64,000 bases of DNA from Octopus sinensis (lineage: Eukaryota): positions 40,486,001-40,550,000 of the forward strand of contig NC_043009.1 of assembly GCF_006345805.1 (NCBI RefSeq), given 5' to 3'. Position numbers and translations under genes: made by a program. Of this stretch, positions 27,181-38,460 are shown one piece after another. Each line of letters opens with the position of its first letter. The stretch's first letter is position 1. The notes beneath the pieces were generated by a model. It saw only the letters and a program-made list of their open reading frames with translations. It was not told where the DNA came from and ran no database searches.

Positions 27181-27577
27181 CCGTGAATGGCTATATGCCT
27201 ACTGTCCTGGGAGATGGATGGTTCGTCGAGGACCGTATGACTGGCCGGTTAGAAGACCTGATTTAGCACCCAGCGCATTTTTTCTTTAGGGTTGCTTAAA
27301 GGAGCATGTCTACTCTACCAAACCAACGACTTGGAGGAACTTGACTGGCGAATACGAAAAGTTATGTCTTCTATCCCACAAGAGTTCCTGATGAAATCAG
27401 TTGATGCAGTTCCCGGGCGGTTTCAGAAGCTGATGGTGAATGCTGATGCCTATATCGAATTTTAGATAAAACTCTATGCTATACGCCTTCTTCACATACT
27501 CATTTTTTTTTAACACTTATAGTTAATAAAGAAATTATAAGTATTTTAAAATAGAAAGTTACTTTTCAACCACCCTG
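27181..27577 (+). pseudogene. Tc1/mariner-superfamily transposon, 3' half (transposase C-terminus plus TIR)
   Basis: REWLYAYCPGRWMVRRGPYDWPVRRPDLAP..FF..GCLKEHVY..LEEL..RI..MSSIPQEFL..IEF* (cf. WPPRSPDL); TIR 27517-27577 ending caccctg followed by TA. Confidence 0.87.
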
Positions 27578-27593
27578 TATATATATATATATA

Positions 27594-27749
27594 TTCTCTC
27601 CTTGTTTCTCTCCTTGTTTTTTCTGTGTCCCTTCCTGTAGAAGAGCGTAGGCTCGAAACGTAAAAGACTTTTTCTATTCCTGAGCGTTATACTAATACAT
27701 CTGTTTGTTTTGTACACCACCTGTCTTCGTCTTTTGTTTTTTTCGTGAA

Positions 27750-27752
<3 letters not shown>
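27594..27752 (+). mobile_element. Short Penelope-like fragment with a minimal hammerhead-like motif, inside (TA)n
   Basis: gaagagc-gtag-gctc-gaaacgta at 27640-27662 (stem II, GAAA, palindromic ACGT); TA repeats on both sides. Confidence 0.55.
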
Positions 27753-27795
<43 letters not shown>

Positions 27796-28077
27796 TTCTG
27801 AGTGTGTTTGTGTGTGTGTGTGTGTGTATGGAGTGGTTATAAATTTGCCTATATGTGTGTGATCCTAGAAAGTTAATTCTATGTCGACTATTTTAAATTA
27901 ACTATTTCCCGCAAGATGGCTTCATCTAACTGAATATAAAATGTATCGGCTTTTCTATTTGTTGATCTGTTTCTGAAAGTTTCATATCTAATCCCCTGTG
28001 ACGGATAGCCTTATGCATTTCTTTAAAGAGAACTTTCAGCGCCGCAAGACTTATATATATATATATATATATATAAT

Positions 28078-28120
<43 letters not shown>

Positions 28121-28279
28121 ACACACGTGTATGTATGTATATAACACAACAATACATAAATACACGTATGCATTCTATGTCTATATGTGTGTGTGGTTTG
28201 TAGGTGTGTGTGCGTTTGCGTATGCATATATACATACATAATACATATACGTGTATATATATATTTATATATATATATA

Positions 28280-28379
28280 NNNNNNNNNNNNNNNNNNNNN
28301 NNNNNNNNNNNNNNNNNNNNNNNNNNNNNNNNNNNNNNNNNNNNNNNNNNNNNNNNNNNNNNNNNNNNNNNNNNNNNNN
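28280..28379. other. Assembly gap (100 N)
   Basis: Run of N between (TA)n and (GATA)n. Confidence 1.
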
Positions 28380-28439
<60 letters not shown>

Positions 28440-28675
28440 TGCAAGTTGGTAGGTAGGTAGATAATTTAGCTGTTTCTTTGGCGAATAGAATACAAGTCTG
28501 TATATATAGTTTTTGCTTAGATTTAACTATCTCCGAAGACATATATATATCCGAAGACATATATATCCCAACACGTGTTTGTCTTTAATTTCCTTTAAAG
28601 TTATTCCATTCGAGTTATTGCTTTCTAAAGATGACAAACAACGCCATCTTTAAAACACGTCAGAACACTAACTTG

Positions 28676-28740
<65 letters not shown>

Positions 28741-30009
28741 TACGACATTTTATTTTTCACGGGCAAAGATAATGTTAAATAATAATTAATTAGTTATGCA
28801 TTGAAATATCAGTAAATGAATCGGCGTTTCTTGTGAAAATGTGTTTCTTTTCCAAGCAGTCAGTTAATTTTTCATTCTTATTCTTTCTTCCTTCCTTCAT
28901 TCCTTCCTTTCTTTCCTTCTTTCTCTTTCTTTCTTTCTTTCTTTTTCTTTCTCTCTCCCTCTCTCTCTCTTATCATGTTGGACGTTGGTGGATCTATTTT
29001 GGAAGATGCGAAGCGCGAGTCTTTTTACAGACTTTTTTTTTCTTTCTGGCAACAGCAATAAAATAGCATGGCAAATAAAAATGCCAGAAGAGAAAGCATG
29101 AAGAATGGAAAACAAAAAAGCAAAAAAAAACCCCAAAAACACAAAAAAAAACAAAAAGAGAATATAAAATATAGAAAGATAGAAATAATAATAATAATAA
29201 TAATAATAATATGAAAAAGATGATAATGATGATGAGGAGGAGGAGGAGGAAAGTAAAGAAACAAATAGAAAAATGAAAGAATAAATAAATAAATAATTAA
29301 ATAACGGTAACACAATTGCACTATTTCTTTACTCTGACAATAAATGTGTTCTTCCTACGCCGAGTTCTAAAAATGTTAGTTTGCACTCGTAATGTTATAA
29401 AAGCCAGAAAACTAACTTTCTCTCGGAAATAACTTAGAATTTTGTAATTTAATTTGGTCATCACTTTCACTGGAACCAACTTTTAAAATTTGGAAGGTTT
29501 CTTTGTGTACGCCATAGCTGTGTACACACAAGAGAGAATTGGAAAAATCAAAAACCTTCGACGTCTTTTTATTCAGTCTTGTAAACGAATAGGAATCTTG
29601 CAAATACGTTCAGCAATCTGTCTTTGAATATTCTACACGAAAACCAAACAAATTCGCTCTAAAATGTTATTGTCCTTACCATAACACTGTTTCAAAACAG
29701 GCAGCAGAATAACAATAATAAGAAGAACATAATAATAAAAAGAAAACGAACGAAATAATTCAGTTAATATAGCGATGTTTTCTATTTGTTGTTGCTGTTG
29801 TTGTTATTGACGTTGTCGTCGTCGTTATCGACAATTCTTTTACCATTTATGTTGTAAATGAGTATATTTCGGTTTGGTTTGTTTGTTGCCATCTACTATC
29901 TCACCTTTAAACACAATTCATAGAATTTGAAAGTCTTCTATTCAATATTCTTTCGTCAAGTCGAATTGTTGGGACATTTAAAATATGCTACTTCATTAAA
30001 ATTACATCA

Positions 30010-30059
30010 TGACCTTTACTCAGTGTTACGAGATGACCTTTTGTGTGAATTTGACCTTT
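30010..30059 (-). promoter_or_regulatory. Cluster of three AAAGGTCA (NBRE-type nuclear receptor) sites
   Basis: TGACCTTT at 30010-30017, 30034-30041 and 30052-30059 with unrelated spacers. Confidence 0.35.
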
Positions 30060-30415
30060 TGCTAATATACTGAACTAAATTATCAAGAAAAACTAGCGCT
30101 TTTTATCTATAGATGTGATGAAGCCATCTCCGACAATTATTCTCCACTCCTTTCTCTCTTTCACACGCACTCTCTCTCTCCTCTCTCTCTCTCTCTCTTT
30201 CTCTCTGTTTTTCTTCTCTTTCCCTTCCTTATTCTCTATTTATTTCTATTTCATTCTGCTGTTTATCATTACTTACAAAACATATATGAATCTATTAGTA
30301 CGAGGTTGGAATAATCCAGCAAATAAAATATATATATATACATATGTGTGTGGCGCATGTATATATATATGCATATGTAAGTATGTATATATATATATAT
30401 GTATATAATATATGT

Positions 30416-30455
<40 letters not shown>

Positions 30456-30464
30456 ATAGATATA

Positions 30465-30517
<53 letters not shown>

Positions 30518-30555
30518 GTAAATATATTATATATATATATAGTAAATATATATAT

Positions 30556-30594
<39 letters not shown>

Positions 30595-30741
30595 CACACA
30601 TATATAGATGTATATAATGTATATACAGAGGGAGGGAAGACAAGAAAGAGGCGGCAAGTGAAGGGAGAGCGATACAGATACATGCATATATACAAACATA
30701 CATACATACATATATATATATATATATGTATGATAATATAT

Positions 30742-30773
<32 letters not shown>

Positions 30774-30778
30774 ACATA

Positions 30779-30819
<41 letters not shown>

Positions 30820-31068
30820 AATTATACATATATAGATATGTCTGTATGTTTGTATGTATATGCATACAAAAACACATACTGGGGCACATGCATACGTGAG
30901 TATGGGTGTGTGCGAATATTTGTTTATTACTGTGGGAATGGAAATAAGGTTGTCGTTTATTAACCCTTGTACCCTTTAAAAGAGGTTTATACTGCACGAA
31001 TGTGTGTGTGTGTGTACATATATGTATGCATACATAGGCATGATTATATCTATGTATGTTTATAGATG

Positions 31069-31168
<100 letters not shown>

Positions 31169-31169
31169 T

Positions 31170-31857
<688 letters not shown>

Positions 31858-32457
31858 TGTAGGTAGGTAGGAAAGTAGGTAGGTAGGTAGGTATGTAGAT
31901 AGATAGATAATGCTTTGAGGAAAGCAAAATATTATTGGCTAAATTCTTCACTAAAGGAATTTTACTGGGAGCTCTTATTCTGTCATATCAAACATCAGAG
32001 AGACACACGCACACACACACAAGTATATACATATGCGTGTACGTGTGTGTGTGTGTGTGTAATACAAATTCAGTAATGATATAGAGACTTACTGACGAAG
32101 ATTATGGTCATGTCTGCCGGACAGTGGTCCCGATTAGTTTCTATGGCGATGTAGGAATTTCTGTATATTAATAACCTTGTCTAGCATTTGCCTATAGGTT
32201 TCCCAAGAAGCCATTTCAATATATGTGACAGAACCTCGGCAACAGTTGAAATAATAATGAATAGATATACATGCATACACACACACATACACATACACAC
32301 ACGTACACGCACACATACATATATACATATATATGAATATGTATGTATTTATATAGTTATGCATGTATATATATATATGTAAATATGTATGTAGATAGAC
32401 GCAGAGAGAGAGATACAAAGAGACAAAGAGAGATTCATATATTTGTAAATACATAGA

Positions 32458-33105
32458 TCTTTTGTATGTTACTTGTTCCAATCATTGGACTGCAGCCATG
32501 CTGGAGTACCTCTTTGATAAGAGTTTAGTGGAATAAATCGACCTCAGCACTTATTTTTGAGACTGTTACATATACTATTCGTCGTTTTTTGGCGAACTTG
32601 GTAAAAGATGAACATACAAAAGAAACCGATACAATGAGTACAAGGCTTTAAAAAATACAATACTGGGGTCGATATGTTCGACTAAACCGCTTTAAGGTTG
32701 TGCCCATGGCCGCAGTCAAATGACTGAAACCAGGAAAAAAGAAAAACAATAAGTAGTAGGCTTACAAAGTATAAGTCCTCGGGTCGATTTGTTTGACTAA
32801 TAGCAGTGCTCCAGCAAGGCCGCAGTCAAATAACTGAAATGAATAAAAGAATTAAAGAATAAAAAAACATATGTGTGTGTGTGTACATCTCTTTGTATGT
32901 ATGTTTGTTCCCCTACCTTCGCTTGACAACCGATGTTGGTGTGTTTATGTTCCGTAAACTAGCAGTTCGGCAAAAGAGATCAATACATGAATAGGCTTAC
33001 AAAGAATAAGTCCGGCGAGGGGGGGGGATTCTTCGACTAAAATCCTTTAAGGTGGTGCTCCAGCATGGCAGCAGTCAAAATAACTGAAACACGTAAAAGA
33101 AAAAA
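32458..33105. mobile_element. Cluster of SINE family A 3' fragments (one minus, three plus)
   Basis: Repeated ggggtcgat...cgactaa...catggccgcagtcaaa.(g/a)actgaaa. Confidence 0.75.
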
Positions 33106-33665
33106 ACAAATTAATATTCTCACTCGCGCACGCGCACACATCACATTGTTTGGAACATTAAATATCGAGAATAAGGTCACGTGTGTGAAGAGAGTAAAAT
33201 CGTATTGGATGATAATTACACTAAAATTTCAGCAGCTAACTACCACATTCATTAGAGTGTATCACAAAATAACATGTGGTAAATGTTCCGAGTTTCTGCA
33301 TTCTAAGTTCAAATCAAAGAGATTTCTCCGAAAGCAACATGTATGTATATACGTCATTATACAGTTCATTTCAAGGTGTCTTGCCAATAGGGAAAAAAAC
33401 ACATATGTATGTATGTATGTGCAGATTTGTATGTTTTATGCATGTATTCTCAATCATATAGTTGCATATCTAGACATGCTTATATATATTCAAATGATAA
33501 ACTTCTGCAAAGTTTTACAGATTTATACAGTTCCAGTGATGGATTGCATCTGTAGTCTTCGAATTAGCTTTCTCCTTTCTGGTTATGAGAATCCTAATTT
33601 CTCAAGATTGGTATTTAGGCAGTGTTACATATCCCAGGGCCCCAGTATGTATGTGTGTCTATCTA

Positions 33666-33702
<37 letters not shown>

Positions 33703-33831
33703 ATGTATGTATGTATGTATGTATGTATGTATGTATGTATGTATGTATGTATGTATGTATATGTGTGTGTCTCTGTGTATATATATATGTGCGCATGTGT
33801 GTGGATGTATGTATGTATGTATGTATGTATG

Positions 33832-34135
33832 TCATTATTCAGTTTATTTCAAGATTTCTTGCCAATGGAGAAAGAGCTGATTTCTAACCTAGATCCGAGG
33901 TTTAACATCAACAACAGGGTATTTTTGTTTGCGTGTATGTTAAGAGAGTACATATGGTGGCACCTGTTCCTCCTGCCAGCCAGCACAGTTGTCTAGTATG
34001 TAATAAAATGTATAAAGCTTGGCTGGTCTTAAAAATCATACAAGGGCATCACATGGCAACAATCATGAATCATTTCAGTAAGTATTCTTGGCAATGGCTT
34101 TTCTCGTGTAACGAGGATGCCGCCGTGATGTAATG
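33832..34135 (-). mobile_element. Unclassified retroposon 3' fragment flanked by (CATA)n
   Basis: End ttggcaagaaatcttgaaataaactgaataatgac-(atac)n shared with 33353-33398 and 47825-47902. Confidence 0.55.
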
Positions 34136-34304
34136 ATGTCATGTATGTATGTATGTATGTATGTATGTATGTATGTATGTATGTATGTATGTATGTATGC
34201 ATGCATGTATGTATGTATGCATGCATGTATGTATGTATGTATTATGTATGTATATATGTATATATATAAATATATACTTGTATGTATGTATGTATATATG
34301 TATG

Positions 34305-34338
<34 letters not shown>

Positions 34339-34873
34339 TGTATGCATATATATATATATATATATGTATGTATGTGCAAATTTGTATGTTTCATCATGCA
34401 TATATTCTCATGCATATAGTTACATATCTAGACATGCTTATATATATATGTATATATGTGCGTATGTATGTATGTATGTATGTATGTATGTATGTATGTA
34501 TGTATGTATGTATGTTTTACTGCAGACAAAGAGTATTGTTTAAAAGTCAGGTATTTCTAAAACTGTTATCAGTATGACATATTAATAGTTGAGCGTGTGA
34601 TAACATGGAATGCGTGGGAAACTATTTTTATAACAGGAAAAAGAAATGTCTAAAAGAAAATCAAATGCGTGGTGTGAGGAAGATTTTATTTGTCAGTTTT
34701 GGTATCTTTATTTCTTTATATATTTTCCGAAATGTATGGAGAAATTGGAACGTCTTAAAATATTAGTGATTGCAGAACGGAACTTTTTACTACATTTCTC
34801 CTTCATTTACCATCTCTGAATTTTACTCACTCCCACTCACTCCGTTTATTGCTTTCGTCTTCTTTCAGCGTGT

Positions 34874-34936
<63 letters not shown>

Positions 34937-35429
34937 TGTGTGTGTGTGGTGTGTGTGTGTGTGTGTGTGTGTGAGTGAGTGTGTGTGTAACTGTTCGGAC
35001 TTTAAGTATATGCCTATTAGTATTGTCAATTAAAGCACATTCACCGTTTAGGCTACCTGATGTCACCCACAATTACGATATAATTTTCACTAGATCTACG
35101 TCAGGAAATCTGCAGTTCTTGTTGAGTTGTGTACGTCTATACATATATATGTTCATGTCAACGAGTGTATACCTATCCTTCTTAATTTTAACTTTGACAA
35201 GTTTTATTCATTATCCTTTTTGCTATATAGTCACTGTCAACTATAGCTAGTATCATTTGCGGGCAACAAGCCCCCAAATCATTCTACCCGCTGTCAGTGT
35301 ACCCACATAAAACGAGCGAGAACAACATGCTAGGGAGAACTCAGTATATCTAGTGGGATATTTTTTTACACCAAGCACCTGAAGAAACATAGCCTGCGCT
35401 TGCTCATGCAACACAAATATAGACACAAT

Positions 35430-35490
35430 ATCCTATCCCTAAGGGATAGCTGCAGGATGGGTCGAAACGATCGTCGTGGTGAATAAGGAT
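35430..35490 (+). other. Degenerate Penelope-type minimal hammerhead motif
   Basis: gaaacgatcgtc at 35464-35475 (GAAA, palindrome, GTC) followed by aataa; CUGANGA box is degenerate. Confidence 0.35.
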
Positions 35491-35532
35491 TCGTACTAAA
35501 TCCATCTTCTGTTTCCTGCATCAATTATATAT

Positions 35533-35696
35533 GGAGTGGCTGTGTGGTAAGTAGCTTGCTTACCAGCCACATGGTTCCAGGTTCATTCCCACTGCGTGGC
35601 ACCTTGGGCAAGTGTCTTCTACTATAGCTTCGGACCGACCAAAGCCTTGTGAGTGGATTTGGTAGACGGAAACTGAAAGAAGCCTGTCGTATGTTG

Positions 35697-35727
<31 letters not shown>

Positions 35728-35997
35728 TATGTGTGTGTGTGTGTTGTGTGTGTGTGTGTGTGTGTGTGTATGTATATGTATGTGTGTATATGCTTGTGTG
35801 TCTGTGTTTGTCCCCCAACATCGCTTGACAACCGATGTTGGTGTGTTTACATCCCCGTAACTTAGTGGTTCGGCAAAAGAGATCGATAGAATAAATACTA
35901 GGCTTACAAAGAATAAGTCCTGTTGTCGATTTGCTCGACTCAAGGCGGTGCTCCAGCATGGCTGCAGTCAAATGGCTGAAACAAGTAAACGAGAGTA
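35533..35997 (+). mobile_element. SINE family A, full length
   Basis: High identity to other family A copies. Confidence 0.92.
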
Positions 35998-36272
35998 AAT
36001 GATATTTATATGTGTGTGTATGTTTGTGTGTGCGTGTGTATGTGTATGTATTATCTATGTATGTATTCAGAGTGTGAGAGAGAGAGAGGTGAAAATACGA
36101 AATAAAGTGGCACTTAAAACAATTGTTAGGAGCTATACATGCGTGTGCGCGCGCACGCGCGTGCGTGTGTATTTCACTTAGTCATTGTGATATTAATAAC
36201 CTGGTGTGGAAATCAATATATAAATGCTTCAGAACGAAGCTTTAGTAAAGTACAGACTGGTAATAAAAAATA

Positions 36273-36399
36273 AGATGACAAAGAAATAAACAATTATCTT
36301 ATGAACGTATATACCTTACAGCTGTTTGAGCTATAAGACGCAGAGGACACCTGCAGCAGAAACAGCTGTCAACTAAGATAATTTTTCTCTTTGTCGTCT
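36273..36399. repeat. ~127-bp imperfect palindrome with paired (g/c)aaacagctgt hammerhead-like ends
   Basis: agatgacaaag..aattatctta..acagctgttt / aaacagctgt..taagataatt..ctttgtcgtct. Confidence 0.6.
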
Positions 36400-36411
36400 C
36401 ATATATATATA

Positions 36412-36826
36412 TACTCTTTACTCTTTTACTCTTTTACTTGTTTCAGTCATTTGACTGCGGCATGCTGGAGCACCGCCTTTAATCGAGCAACTCGACCCCG
36501 GGACTTATTCTTTTGTAAGCCCAGTACTTAGTTTATCGGTCTCTTTTGCCGAACCGCCAAGTAACGGGGACATAAACACACCAGCATCGGTTGTCAAGCA
36601 ATGCTAGGGGGACAAAACACAGACACACAAACACACACACACGCATATATATATACATATATACGACGGGCTTCTTTCAGTTTCCGTCTACCAAATCCAC
36701 TCACAAGGCATTGGTCGGCCCGAGGCTATAGTAGAAGACACTTGCCCAAGGTGCCACGCAGTGGGACTGAACCCGGAACCATGTGATTGGTAAGCAAGCT
36801 ACTTACCACACTGCCACTCCTGCGCC
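36412..36826 (-). mobile_element. SINE family A, full length
   Basis: High identity to other family A copies. Confidence 0.92.
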
Positions 36827-36858
36827 ATTATATATATATAAACATACATATTATTTTG

Positions 36859-37320
36859 TTCTTTTACTTGTTTCAGTCATTTGACTGCGGCCATGCTGGA
36901 GCACCGTCTTGAAGGGTTTTCAACGAAAAAAATCGCCCCCAGGTCTTATTCTTTGTTAGCCTAGCACTTGTTCTATCGGTGTCTTTTGCTGACCCGCTAA
37001 GCAACGGAGACGTAAGCACACCAACATCGGTTGTCAAAAGGTGATGTGGGTCAAACACAGACACAAAGGTACACATAGATACATATATACATATATATAT
37101 ATGTCTCTGTGCTTGTTAGTGTGTGTATGTGTGTGCGCGTTTGTGTGTGTGTGTGCACGACGGACTTCTTTCTGTTTCCGTCTACCAAATCCACTTACAA
37201 GACCTTGGTCGGCCCGAGGCTATAATAAAAGACACTCGCCCAAGGTGCCACGTAGTGGGACTGAGCTCAGAATCAAGTGGTTACAAAGCAAGCTTTTTGC
37301 AGCACACCCACGTCTGCACC
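36859..37320 (-). mobile_element. SINE family A, older subfamily
   Basis: Same architecture, more diverged. Confidence 0.85.
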
Positions 37321-37451
37321 TATATATGTATATATATATTATATATATGTGTGTGTGTATATATATATGTATATATATATATATATATACATATATATTA
37401 TATATATATGCATATATATATGTATATATATATGTATATATATATATATAT

Positions 37452-37825
37452 TACTCTCTTTTACTCTTTTACTTGTTTCAGTCATTTGACTGCGGCCATG
37501 CTGGAGCACCGCCTTTAATCGAGCAAATCGCCCCCAGGGTTATTCTATCGGTCTCTTTTGCCGAACCGCTAAGTGACGGGGACGTAAACACACCAGCATT
37601 GGTTGTCAAGCAATACTAGGGGGACAAACACAGATACACAAAACATATACACACACACTTATATATATATATATACATATATCGACAGGTTCTTTCAGTT
37701 TCCGTCTACCAATCCACTACACGGCATTGGTCGGCTGGGGCTATAGCAGAGACACTTGCCCAGATGCCACCGTGGGACTGAACCCGGAACCATGTGTTGG
37801 TTAGCAAGCTACTTACCACACAGCC

Positions 37826-37828
<3 letters not shown>
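37452..37828 (-). mobile_element. SINE family A with many 1-bp deletions
   Basis: Family A sequence with indel-rich 5' half. Confidence 0.88.
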
Positions 37829-37879
<51 letters not shown>

Positions 37880-37958
37880 TATATATATATAGATATATAT
37901 ATATATATCTACATATATATACTATATATATATAATATACATATATATACATATATAT

Positions 37959-38011
<53 letters not shown>

Positions 38012-38095
38012 ATATATACATATATTATAATATATATATACATATATATTAGATATATATATATATATATAATATATATAATATATAGATGCATG

Positions 38096-38158
38096 TAAGT
38101 GTGTGAGTCAGAAAGTATTGCTCAGAAAGATTGCGTTACTTTCTGGCTCACCCTCATA
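38096..38158. mobile_element. Collapsed mariner-like mini-MITE (two TIRs only)
   Basis: taagtgtgtgagtcagaaagtattgc vs rc tatgagggtgagccagaaagtaacgc, 20/26 identical, TA ends. Confidence 0.55.
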
Positions 38159-38396
38159 TATGTGTGTGTATGTGTCTGTATGTGAAATATATAGGTACTT
38201 AGATATACGCATATAATTAGTTTTTACATAAAATGACTTTCTTTCCTGACTGATTTCCAACTTACATATGCAACCAGTCATATTGTCTTTCATGCTAACT
38301 ATTTTGAATCACACACACACACACACACACACCACACACAAACACACATGCACACATACACATGCACACACAATACATACTCTCACACACATTGTG

Positions 38397-38460
<64 letters not shown>

